Positions 28,977 to 37,821 of a stretch of DNA of 64,000 nt are shown piece after piece. Position 1 is the first letter of the stretch. Each line of letters begins with the position of its first letter. The notes beneath the pieces were generated by a model. That model did no database searches. It was not told the DNA's origin and saw only the letters and a program-made list of their open reading frames with translations. The position numbers and the translations under genes are program-made. Location of the stretch: NCBI GenBank assembly GCA_036676395.1, contig JAKFCY010000002.1, positions 2,624,001 to 2,688,000 on the forward strand, in the 5' to 3' direction. The DNA is from Bdellovibrio sp. Its GTDB lineage: Bacteria; Bdellovibrionota; Bdellovibrionia; Bdellovibrionales; Bdellovibrionaceae.

Positions 28977-31816
28977 TTTGCGTCCTCCGCTTTTTCAGAC
29001 TTTGACATTGCCGGTATACGTTTTAAATACTTTTTATTTTCTTCGCTCCAGTTAGAATCACGCATTTTGTTTTGCGCAAGCTGACTCCAGAACGACGCCT
29101 CGTTGCCTTTTAATTCGCTCCATACATTTTCAGCTTTTTTTAATTCACCCTGATTGAAATGCAATTCACCTAATTTATATCTGTAAGATGAAAGACTTTC
29201 TTTGCTTTCAAAATTCGTCAAAAGATTAGAAATAGTTTTAATCGCCAAGTCTGATTTTTTTTCGCTGATAGCTAAGTCAGATAGTTTTTTATAGGCTTCT
29301 AATTTATATTTATCTGAAACTTTGCTTTTTAAAAGTTCAGATAAATTATCGATCGCTAATTCTGGCTGCTTACGTTTGACTTCTAAATCCGCTAAATGAA
29401 GTACGCTTGGTGCTAACAATTCAGCTTTATCTTTCCAAACTTTAGTTAGCTCAGATAAATATCTAACAGCCGCATTAAGCTCGCCTTTTTTCTCGTATAA
29501 TAAAGCCGTGTAATGAACGCGGTTAATCTGATCTTGCTCTGTTAAGACATCAGGATTTTTTATCGATTGCATTTTTTCGTAAGCTTCTTGATAACGGTTT
29601 TCTTCAAACAAACATTGGGCTTGCATTAAATTAATCACATCTTCTGTCGGAATATCCTGATTAGCGCGAATCGCATTTGAAATAGTATCGTCTTTTAGTA
29701 AACTGATTTGTTTACGTAATTTATCGTATTGTTTTAAGGCTGTATTATAAGAACCTGCTGATTGATAAGCTTTCGCTACGTAAAAATTAGTATCAATGCG
29801 CGGTTGCGCTTTTAACCAAGTATCTGCGAAACGTTTATAAGTTTTTAAAACATTTCTAAAGTCATCTTTTGCAGAGTACTCTTTCATCTGGTCGTTAATA
29901 TTACGCATAATGCGTAATGTGACCTGAAATGAATCTGGTTTATTTGGCTCTTTTTGGTAAAAGTGCGTAAGAATTTCAATCGCTTTATCATACTCTTTAC
30001 GACGGGCATAACCATCAGCAATCATCGTTGTCTTAAATTGTTGAATGTCTTCAAGCTGGCTTTGTTCAGCTAACTCATTCATTTTAGCAATGGTTTCTTT
30101 TACTTCCTGAGGTTTCATAACTTTCATGCGTGTACTTAACATATGTAAACGCGGAACAACTGTTTTAGGGTTATCACCGTAACGAAAATGCGTTTCTAAA
30201 TATGCTCCAACAGATTTTGATTGATCAGCACCTAAGATTTCTAATAATTCACCCACGCGAGTTAATGCATACGGAGCATAATCATGCGCAGGATAACGTT
30301 GTACGAATTCTAAAGCTTCTTTGTGAGAAAGCTCAGGCAATTTCAGGCGAAATAAAGCTTCCATGCGATTAAAGTGTGAATTCGGAAATAACTGCGAATG
30401 GTTTGGATACTTTTTAAAAGCGGTATTAAAAGCATCAACAGCTTCTGTGTATTTATTTTGATGAAAGAAAAAATCACCACGACGATATGCCGCTTCGGCG
30501 CGGGTCATTTCATTTTTAGTTGTTTTTTCAACGTCATCTAAAAGATCCAAGCCGTCTTGTAATTTATTGGCACTGAGCATAGCTAAAGCTAATCCAAGTT
30601 TTGCGTACTCTTGTGACGGACGACCTTTATATGCAGGATTTTCAACATGCGTACTTAATTTTCTTACTGCAGTTAAATAATCTTTTTTATCCAGATTTAG
30701 AAAACCTAATAATAAAGAAGTACGTTCATTTAATTTTGATTCCGGAAACCGAGACATTGCTTTTGCATAGAACTGCATTCCATCATCAAAATATTTTGCT
30801 TCGCCCGTTTCACGCCATGTTTGCATGTGTGAATCACCGTTCATGTAATAAATTTGTTCTAAATATTGTGAATTTTTAAATTTCTTTTCAAACCAATCAG
30901 AAGTCTTTTTAAGAACTAGTGTTCTTTTACGCTCATACAGCAATTTTAAAAGTCGAGCTTGTTTATTTTCTTCTGTATCTGCCTGCTGAATTTCATACTG
31001 TGGAGGGTTGTTTTTCATCGCTGTCCAGAAATTCATTTCATGGCTTAACATCGGGAAGCGTAAATAGTAGTTAGCCAAACCTTTAATGATCGCATTTTTC
31101 TTGATTTCGATTTCTTTAATTTTAAAGCGGTGAAACTTTTCATCGCCCCCATCAAATAAGCCTGATTTAAGATCAATCTCTTGCTGGACAAACGTTAAAA
31201 TGCCGTTTTCTTCTTCGATTTTTAAACCATCAACATCGGCCGGGTATCTTGAAGGACTTTGATGTTTTTTATCAGTGGCCACTTTTCCTGTATTACTACG
31301 CGCTTTTTTAGCTTTCGATGATTTTTTAATAGGCTTACCAAAATCATCTAAAGTCGCTTCTTCGCCGTAAGGAACTACCTCGCCGTTACCATTGGCTTGC
31401 GGGGCTTTAACGCGCTCTTCATTTTTATAGAAATCGACAACTAACTTTGAAGGTTGATCAGTTAAGTAGTCAAAGGCATCCATTGAATCATTGGCTAAAA
31501 TAAATTCGATAACCGTAAAACCATCAACGGCTTTCGGCAAAACCTTAATCTCTTTTACAAACGGATTTTGAATTGTTTTTAAATTACGTGTTGAACTTTC
31601 ATCAAGACCTTTGACCTGTAACTGCACTTTCACAGTTTTACCGTCTTGCACGCGCTTCAAATCATAATCCCAATTTTTTTGGCCACTGACTTCAAAATTC
31701 AAAGTATCACCCTGAACTCGAAGGTTAGTTTGCATATTGCCAGCCCAAGACTTAGGTAATGAAATTCCTAAGATGATTATCGTCGCGGTAGTAAGTTTTA
31801 GAAAATGCTTTTTCAT
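28973..31816 (-). CDS. Large exported TPR-repeat protein heading the flagellar operon
   Basis: Signal peptide and many helical TPR-like repeats (e.g. AEAAYRRGDFFF...YTEAVDAF). Confidence 0.85.
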   Translation of the reverse strand: MKKHFLKLTTATIIILGISLPKSWAGNMQTNLRVQGDTLNFEVSGQKNWDYDLKRVQDGKTVKVQLQVKGLDESSTRNLKTIQNPFVKEIKVLPKAVDGFTVIEFILANDSMDAFDYLTDQPSKLVVDFYKNEERVKAPQANGNGEVVPYGEEATLDDFGKPIKKSSKAKKARSNTGKVATDKKHQSPSRYPADVDGLKIEEENGILTFVQQEIDLKSGLFDGGDEKFHRFKIKEIEIKKNAIIKGLANYYLRFPMLSHEMNFWTAMKNNPPQYEIQQADTEENKQARLLKLLYERKRTLVLKKTSDWFEKKFKNSQYLEQIYYMNGDSHMQTWRETGEAKYFDDGMQFYAKAMSRFPESKLNERTSLLLGFLNLDKKDYLTAVRKLSTHVENPAYKGRPSQEYAKLGLALAMLSANKLQDGLDLLDDVEKTTKNEMTRAEAAYRRGDFFFHQNKYTEAVDAFNTAFKKYPNHSQLFPNSHFNRMEALFRLKLPELSHKEALEFVQRYPAHDYAPYALTRVGELLEILGADQSKSVGAYLETHFRYGDNPKTVVPRLHMLSTRMKVMKPQEVKETIAKMNELAEQSQLEDIQQFKTTMIADGYARRKEYDKAIEILTHFYQKEPNKPDSFQVTLRIMRNINDQMKEYSAKDDFRNVLKTYKRFADTWLKAQPRIDTNFYVAKAYQSAGSYNTALKQYDKLRKQISLLKDDTISNAIRANQDIPTEDVINLMQAQCLFEENRYQEAYEKMQSIKNPDVLTEQDQINRVHYTALLYEKKGELNAAVRYLSELTKVWKDKAELLAPSVLHLADLEVKRKQPELAIDNLSELLKSKVSDKYKLEAYKKLSDLAISEKKSDLAIKTISNLLTNFESKESLSSYRYKLGELHFNQGELKKAENVWSELKGNEASFWSQLAQNKMRDSNWSEENKKYLKRIPAMSKSEKAEDAK

Positions 31817-31830
31817 CAACTATTGAACAA

Positions 31831-31846
31831 AGCATTTCAAGTGCCA
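31831..31846 (-). promoter_or_regulatory. sigma54 (-24/-12) promoter of the flagellar operon
   Basis: Minus strand TGGCACTTGAAATGCT with exact GG-N10-GC spacing. Confidence 0.75.
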
Positions 31847-32024
31847 TGCTGTTGCGCCCGCGGTTAGCGGTTTAATTTCAGGCTAGGCAAAAATAACCAT
31901 GTTTTTTGGCGAACACCGACAATTCCATGACGTTCATGTCAACCGATCACTAGCGCTTTCGACTCGGGGCTCGACTAGACCTTCAAGCTAGACGCAGGAG
32001 CTTTTGCTCTTTATAATTTTGTCA

Positions 32025-32519
32025 ATGAACGTCTTTTCTAAATTGTTTTTATCATTCGCTATTTTACTATTAATTCCTGGATGTATATCTAATATTTTTA
32101 AGGAACCAAAACCGACATTTTCCAAAGATGTTGTTATGCCTGAATTTAATTCTGACTTTAACCAGTTACGCGACAATGTGTATCCAGCCTGGAAAAGCAA
32201 AACCACGGGCAATGTGATTTCTATGGTATCTGACTGTAATGACGGTAATTTTAATTTAAAATCAATTCACGGTTTAATGAGTGATTCATTAGATAATGTT
32301 AAAGTGGTCGAAGAAAAAAACGCGACACTAAATGCACGTAAGTCTTATTTTAAAAAAGTGCGTGGCGAAATTGACGGTAAAGCGATCGAGATTCAATCTT
32401 ACTCTGTGCAACATTTAAAATGCACTTACGTTACATCATTAGCCGGAAGCCCGCAAAAAATTGAACAAAATCAGAATGACTTCAAAAGTTTTCTGCAAAA
32501 GATTGATTTTAAAAAATGA
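32025..32519 (+). CDS. Hypothetical lipoprotein, first gene of the mla-like operon
   Basis: IPGC lipobox-like sequence; stop overlaps the mlaE start (ATGA); start inferred. Confidence 0.72.
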   Translation: MNVFSKLFLSFAILLLIPGCISNIFKEPKPTFSKDVVMPEFNSDFNQLRDNVYPAWKSKTTGNVISMVSDCNDGNFNLKSIHGLMSDSLDNVKVVEEKNATLNARKSYFKKVRGEIDGKAIEIQSYSVQHLKCTYVTSLAGSPQKIEQNQNDFKSFLQKIDFKK

Positions 32520-33313
32520 GTGCACCCGTAGATTTTCCTGCAATGATCACCGAAAAAGTTAAAGAACCACTAGAGTTCTTAGGCGGCGTGGCCTTGTTGA
32601 CAAAAGATACGCTCAAAGAACTTCGCACACGCCCGTTTTACGGGTCATTACTGGTCGATCAAATATATTTAGTCGGGGTTAAATCTTTACCGTTAGTTCT
32701 GATCACAGCTCTATCAACAGGCATGGTGATGGCGCTTCAGTACGGGCTTGGTTTAGAAAAATTTGGCGGCAAACCTTACGTTCCCCGTCTGGTGGCTTCG
32801 ACAATTTTACGCGAAATGGGTCCGGTATTTACCAGTCTTATGTTGGCAGCTCGCGTAGGCGCCGGTATGGCCAGTGAAATTGGCTCAATGGTAGTCACCC
32901 AACAAATCGATGCGATTCGCGCTTTAGGCACTTCGCCGATTAAAAAAATCGTAATTCCAAGAGTGCTTGCCTGTTTAATTGTGCTTCCGCTCTTAGTCAG
33001 CATCGCTAATCTAGTTGGTAATTTCGGTGGTTTAGTGGTGGGTTCGACTGAACTTAACCTAGATACACAGTTTTACTTTCGCCGTGTTTTAGAAACTTCA
33101 AATTTAAAAGATTATATCGCGGGCTTTGGTAAGACATTTTTCTTTGCTTTATTTATCGCACTCCCATCTTGTTATTTTGGTCTAAATGTAAAAAATGGAA
33201 CCAAAGAAGTGGGCATCGCGACGACTAAGGCCGTGGTGACAGCTTCACTGTTAATTTTAGTTGGTGATTTTTTTCTGGCAAAAATATTTTGGGTGATTGA
33301 ACAATGGCTTTAA
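32516..33313 (+). CDS. mlaE: MlaE-family ABC permease
   Basis: REMGPVFTSLMLAARVGAGMASEIGSM and QQIDA motifs. Confidence 0.93.
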   Translation: MSAPVDFPAMITEKVKEPLEFLGGVALLTKDTLKELRTRPFYGSLLVDQIYLVGVKSLPLVLITALSTGMVMALQYGLGLEKFGGKPYVPRLVASTILREMGPVFTSLMLAARVGAGMASEIGSMVVTQQIDAIRALGTSPIKKIVIPRVLACLIVLPLLVSIANLVGNFGGLVVGSTELNLDTQFYFRRVLETSNLKDYIAGFGKTFFFALFIALPSCYFGLNVKNGTKEVGIATTKAVVTASLLILVGDFFLAKIFWVIEQWL

Positions 33314-34035
33314 TCGAAATTGTTAATTTTAAAAAAGCATTCGGTACTAAAATCATTCACGAAAATGTCAGTTTTTATGTTAAAAAAGGTGAATGTCTTG
33401 GTTTAGTTGGCGGTTCAGGAGCTGGCAAGTCAGTGATTCTTCGTAGTCTGATCGGCTTAGAAAAACCTGATTCAGGGCAAATCCTAATCAACGGTGTAGA
33501 TATCGTTCCATTAAATGAACAAGAACTTATTCCCGTCAGAAAACAAGTGGCTTACGCCTTTCAGGGCGGAGCACTTTTTGATTCGATGACTGTCTATGAA
33601 AATTTAGCCTATCCGCTGCGAGCCCATACCGAACTGGTCGAAACTGAAATTGCTGAAAAAATTCATCATCAATTGGCTGAATTTGGCTTAGAAAAATCGA
33701 TTCATCTTTATCCAGGTGAACTTTCTGGCGGTATGCAAAAACGTATTGGATTAGCACGTGCCGTGATTATGCAGCCTGAAATTATTCTCTATGATGAACC
33801 AACAGCAGGCTTAGATCCCTATAACACTCGAAAGATCCAGGAGTTAATTCTGCGTTTAAAAGCTACTGGTGTAACGGCCATTTTAGTAACTCATGATATT
33901 CCAACAGCAATGGCAGTTTGTGATAAATTCGCATTTCTAAAAGACAAAGTGATCGCCGAACAAGGCACCATTGATCAATTATTAAGTCGCGACAACAGCC
34001 TGATTCAACAATTTATAGAAGGTAACATCTTATGA
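33304..34035 (+). CDS. mlaF: MlaF-family ABC ATPase
   Basis: GGSGAGKS, FQGGALFDSMTV, LSGGMQKR and YDEPTAGLDP motifs. Confidence 0.93.
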   Translation: MALIEIVNFKKAFGTKIIHENVSFYVKKGECLGLVGGSGAGKSVILRSLIGLEKPDSGQILINGVDIVPLNEQELIPVRKQVAYAFQGGALFDSMTVYENLAYPLRAHTELVETEIAEKIHHQLAEFGLEKSIHLYPGELSGGMQKRIGLARAVIMQPEIILYDEPTAGLDPYNTRKIQELILRLKATGVTAILVTHDIPTAMAVCDKFAFLKDKVIAEQGTIDQLLSRDNSLIQQFIEGNIL

Positions 34036-34796
34036 CAAAACTTAAAGTCGGTCTATTTTTAGCGTTGGGACTAATCGTTTTAGTAATTTCTGTATTCATG
34101 TTGGGTGCTAATAAATCTGTATTTCAAAACTCTTACAGTATTAGTACGTATTTTGACTCTGTTCAGGGATTAAATAACGGCGCGGTCGTTTCATTGGCAG
34201 GTGTAAAAATCGGTAACGTTGAATCGATTGATTACGATGATGAAAAAAACCTGGTGCGCGTGATTTTTCTGATGGATGCGGCCTACGCGAAAAAAACAAA
34301 GTCAGATTCAATCGTTGAAATCAGAACTCAAGGTGCATTAGGTGATAAGTTTTTATATATCAAACCGGGTATTTCAGGAACTCCGCTGGAAAACCGCGGC
34401 GAACTAAAATCAGAATACGGCAATGATCTATTAGCCGTGTTAAATAAGCGCGGCAACGAAAGTGAAAAACTATTTGATACAATTCACAACTTAAACCTGA
34501 TCGTTAAAGGCCTAGCCGATCAAAACAAATTACCAAGCTTGATCAACAAGTTAGATCAAGCTGCCGGAAACTTAAACGACTCATCAGTTAAAATCAAACA
34601 AGCCTTAGCCGGAAACCGCTTAGAACACTCAATGACTAAAATGGATAACATCTTAGAAAAGATCGACAACGGCCAAGGCACATTGGGTGCTTTGATCAAC
34701 GACAGATCTCTACACGATCGCCTAAAATCAATCCTAGGCGCCGGCCAAAAACAACAAGCCGTCAAATCCATCATCAAATCCTCAGTCGACGAATAG
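34032..34796 (+). CDS. mlaD: MlaD/MCE domain protein
   Basis: N-terminal TM, VQGLNNGAVVSLAGVKIGNV, QGALGDKF and GQGTLGALI motifs. Confidence 0.9.
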   Translation: MTKLKVGLFLALGLIVLVISVFMLGANKSVFQNSYSISTYFDSVQGLNNGAVVSLAGVKIGNVESIDYDDEKNLVRVIFLMDAAYAKKTKSDSIVEIRTQGALGDKFLYIKPGISGTPLENRGELKSEYGNDLLAVLNKRGNESEKLFDTIHNLNLIVKGLADQNKLPSLINKLDQAAGNLNDSSVKIKQALAGNRLEHSMTKMDNILEKIDNGQGTLGALINDRSLHDRLKSILGAGQKQQAVKSIIKSSVDE

Positions 34797-34800
34797 CGTT

Positions 34801-34829
34801 TACCCCTCTATCTCAGGGGTATCGGTCAC
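34801..34829 (-). repeat. GTGACCGATACCCC copy 1 (34816-34829, minus) plus overlapping hairpin TACCCCT-ctatctc-AGGGGTA
   Basis: Read directly; contains the TGA stop of the transposase ORF. Confidence 0.85.
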
Positions 34830-35419
34830 GAACTCCACAGCTTCTGCCAGTGTACGACCGAAAGCCCACGTAAACGCATTTTCTGATAGGGAATAACTCC
34901 CGTGGCTTCTTTTTCATTAAGCTGAATATAATTTCTTAATATCACATACCCACGCCACCCATGCACAACCCGGGTAAACGGCCGAAACAACCACAACTTC
35001 ATCACCCGCTTTGCCGTTACTCCACGCTTCTCTGCTGGGGTATCGGTCACTTCGCGCAGTAGATTCTCTTTTTGCAGTTCTTGGGCGATTTGCCCTGCCA
35101 CAACCCGCATAAAATAATGCGACATCGCCCTTCGTGGAACCCTAATGTTGAGATGAATATGATCGAAGTTAATCGAACACTGATCAATTTTGATAAAGAA
35201 CCGTTTTGCATAACGATCAATAATACGCCGAACTATTTTATACGACCGCGGAGATCGAAAATTCAGTTTCAGTGCTTTTTTATCGGCCTTAAAGACGACG
35301 TGATGAGGTTTTCGGGTTGAAAGCGGACGAAACTTTCTGCCTTTACGTAGCTGGCGAAGGCTGCCACCGTGACTGTGTTTTAAGTTATATTTCTTAAGTG
35401 CGTGATTGATGTGACCCAT
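34826..35419 (-). CDS. HUH/Y1 tyrosine transposase (RAYT/IS200-TnpA superfamily), stand-alone
   Basis: Basic N-terminus, HHVVFK strand, HUH motif DHIHL, LW..RPFTRVV, candidate catalytic Tyr in YIQLN; no adjacent tnpB. Confidence 0.82.
   Translation of the reverse strand: MGHINHALKKYNLKHSHGGSLRQLRKGRKFRPLSTRKPHHVVFKADKKALKLNFRSPRSYKIVRRIIDRYAKRFFIKIDQCSINFDHIHLNIRVPRRAMSHYFMRVVAGQIAQELQKENLLREVTDTPAEKRGVTAKRVMKLWLFRPFTRVVHGWRGYVILRNYIQLNEKEATGVIPYQKMRLRGLSVVHWQKLWSS
35037..35050 (-). repeat. GTGACCGATACCCC copy 2, in frame inside the transposase gene (VTDTP)
   Basis: Exact 14-mer; shares the 17-mer GAAGTGACCGATACCCC with copy 5. Confidence 0.85.
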
Positions 35420-35424
35420 ACCCC
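35411..35424 (+). repeat. Motif copy 3, GTGACCCATACCCC (one mismatch), containing the transposase ATG
   Basis: 13/14 match; the mismatch is what makes ATG on the minus strand. Confidence 0.75.
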
Positions 35425-35521
35425 AGGGCGGTGTTCAAGAAGTGGCGCTGGGTGAAAACTGATTCTATGGCAGGTAGAGCGATCGAAGATACGGGTATCG
35501 AATGTGCTGGTCCGAAAAAAC

Positions 35522-35556
35522 AAAAAGCCTACGTTTCGTAAACGTAGGCTTTTTTT
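35522..35556. terminator. Bidirectional intrinsic terminator (15-bp perfect stem)
   Basis: AAAAAGCCTACGTTT-cgt-AAACGTAGGCTTTTT. Confidence 0.88.
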
Positions 35557-35557
35557 G

Positions 35558-35572
35558 GTGACCGATACCCCC
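35558..35572 (+). repeat. Motif copy 4, GTGACCGATACCCCC
   Basis: Exact 15-mer identical to 37760-37774. Confidence 0.85.
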
Positions 35573-35609
35573 AACACAACAACGACGTGGGGCTATGAGT
35601 TCCTTAAAA

Positions 35610-37646
35610 CTATTTTAAGTAAATATCTGTGTACGTCGTGTAAGTCGGACGTACCTTGGCAGAAATGTTTCTTGGGGCTAAACCCGGAAACTTCAACGCC
35701 ATTCTAACCGGAATACCATCGTTTAACTGCGCGCGAGCCTGTTGGTTATTCGAATCTTTTGCCCATGCACGGCCTAAGTAGAACAATCTGATCACACGTG
35801 AATCAGCGTATTCTTTAACGATCGCGTATGAGTTTAACACTTCTCTTGAACGGTTAATTTGATTCGCATAAAGATCACCTGGATTATCCAAACGATTTTC
35901 TAAACGCGCCTTATCGTTACCTGTGTGCTTAGCAGTATTGTAACCGAAAGTAATGTTTTTCAAGATTTTTTCAGGAGATGACAAATCACCCGTGTACGAT
36001 TTTGGTAATCTGATGTTCATCACTAATGCATAAGAACCTAATTCATAACGAAGTTTTTCGTTTTCGTTATAACGATCAGAATCTAATTCTACGTTAAAAT
36101 ACTTATTCACTAAACGTTGGTTACAAGCGATGCGGCCTGCTTCACAGTTCGTTAACGTCTCGATCACATGTTTAAAGTTTGGATGTTTACACGTTTCAGG
36201 AGCAGCGCACTCTTTATTCATGATCACAACATCTACGCCAATTGATTTATCAAAGCTGTTGATCCCTTTTGCTAAAGCATCACCCACCGGAGCTAAAACT
36301 CCTGATAAACCATCGATTGCTGGCAACACTGTCGCATGCATGTTTTCAACAAAGATTTCGCGCGAAGGAATGTTTAAAGTACGTTGTAAATCAGCTGTGT
36401 TTACATAGCTAGTTTCTGCAACTGGTTTAGATTCGTTACCTGGATTTTCTACATAGTATAAGAAATCTGCTGTAGCACCCGGGCTAAATACCGGACCATC
36501 TGTTTCGCGGCGTTTATGGCCAGAAAAAATAGTTACGAATTGTTCGTTAATTTTTCTTAAATTTTCAGATTGAAAACCCGTACAAGTAAGACCCGCATCA
36601 GTTTTACCTAAGCACGGAAAAACACCCACGATGCTTGTCCAACGCGTGCGGTATTTTGTGCGGTATTGATCTAACATCAAATGAGAAATACGGTTTACAC
36701 GCATTTCATTAATCACATCTGAAGTTAAACGCATATGATTCATTTCGCTAGGGTTAATGTTACCCACTGATTTCATCACTTTAGTTAAACCTGTCATCGC
36801 CAAACCAGGAACATTGTTAACATTTTTTACTATGATGTTATTTGCAATCGCATTCACTGAAGCACAAGAAGCGATTAGACCATTTTTAACTGCGCGGTCA
36901 TTCATTTCTTTTTGTGTGTAAACTTTATTTGGATCACCGAATAATTTTTCTTTAGCGCCAGTATATAAGTTAGATAAAAAACCTTTTCCTTCAGTGATGC
37001 TTTCAATCGACGGATCATCACAAAGCGCTTTGGCTTTAGGTAATAATTTATGAATTTCGGCTAAGTTACCTTTTTCAAGAAAAGACCAACCAAGTTCAGC
37101 ATCTATAGAACCCCAGTAAACCGGGCCAAGACCGACTATATTTTCAACGCGGGCTACATAGCTTTGAACTTTTTCTGCATCTTCAGCGTTGTACGCCATC
37201 GACGGATGGAATTTAAAGTTGAACATTGAATCGTAGTACCAAGTCATCACCATTTGCCCACCCATTGAGTAAGCTAAAATAGAGATTTTGTCTTCTGGCC
37301 CTAGTTCAGGAATAAGCGGCTTAGCGCTGCCATTACCTAAAATAAAATCTTTATTGAATTTATCAGCGATTAAATGCGGTTCCCAGTTAATTCCGGTTTT
37401 AGCATCATTAACTGCAGCACCTACCGGATATGTCCAATTGAATAATTCATATTCGTAGGCCGGATCGATCTCTTTCAGAGTTTTTCCGACAAACGTGTGA
37501 AACTCACCGTAAGATTCTGCATTACCACGCACGCCGTGCATTGTGATGATGTAATGTTTTTTAGTCGTAGAACTTGGTGAACGTAATCCCAAGTATGAAC
37601 ACGACGAGATGAATGCAACCAGCATTAGCGATAGCAATAACTTCAT
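35610..37646 (-). CDS. Lipoprotein with an N-terminal alpha/beta-hydrolase-like (lipase/esterase) domain
   Basis: ISSC lipobox, MHGVRG oxyanion-type motif, AYSMGG nucleophile elbow; GGAG RBS. Confidence 0.75.
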   Translation of the reverse strand: MKLLLSLMLVAFISSCSYLGLRSPSSTTKKHYIITMHGVRGNAESYGEFHTFVGKTLKEIDPAYEYELFNWTYPVGAAVNDAKTGINWEPHLIADKFNKDFILGNGSAKPLIPELGPEDKISILAYSMGGQMVMTWYYDSMFNFKFHPSMAYNAEDAEKVQSYVARVENIVGLGPVYWGSIDAELGWSFLEKGNLAEIHKLLPKAKALCDDPSIESITEGKGFLSNLYTGAKEKLFGDPNKVYTQKEMNDRAVKNGLIASCASVNAIANNIIVKNVNNVPGLAMTGLTKVMKSVGNINPSEMNHMRLTSDVINEMRVNRISHLMLDQYRTKYRTRWTSIVGVFPCLGKTDAGLTCTGFQSENLRKINEQFVTIFSGHKRRETDGPVFSPGATADFLYYVENPGNESKPVAETSYVNTADLQRTLNIPSREIFVENMHATVLPAIDGLSGVLAPVGDALAKGINSFDKSIGVDVVIMNKECAAPETCKHPNFKHVIETLTNCEAGRIACNQRLVNKYFNVELDSDRYNENEKLRYELGSYALVMNIRLPKSYTGDLSSPEKILKNITFGYNTAKHTGNDKARLENRLDNPGDLYANQINRSREVLNSYAIVKEYADSRVIRLFYLGRAWAKDSNNQQARAQLNDGIPVRMALKFPGLAPRNISAKVRPTYTTYTDIYLK

Positions 37647-37759
37647 AGTTTCTCCATAGAGTAGAGTGTTTTATTAATAAAAACTTTGCGCGAAAACTAA
37701 TTCACGCGTCCTTATTCAGTATATGTGTTTATGTTTGGATAAAAAGTCCAGAAACGGAA

Positions 37760-37774
37760 GTGACCGATACCCCC
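37760..37774 (+). repeat. Motif copy 5, GTGACCGATACCCCC
   Basis: Exact 15-mer direct repeat of 35558-35572. Confidence 0.85.
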
Positions 37775-37821
37775 GAAAGCGGACTCGACTATGGCCTAGC
37801 TATAGACACAGCTGACACAGG

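Noticed and set aside
35380..35707. Short ORFs 35380-35577(-) and 35504-35707(+) near the transposase
   Set aside because: They run through the terminator hairpin and motif, overlap real genes, and show no coding features
34816..37774. Motif copies as a CRISPR array or as IS terminal inverted repeats with target duplication
   Set aside because: Copies are short, irregularly spaced and in both orientations; no cas genes, no DDE transposase and no flanking target duplication seen
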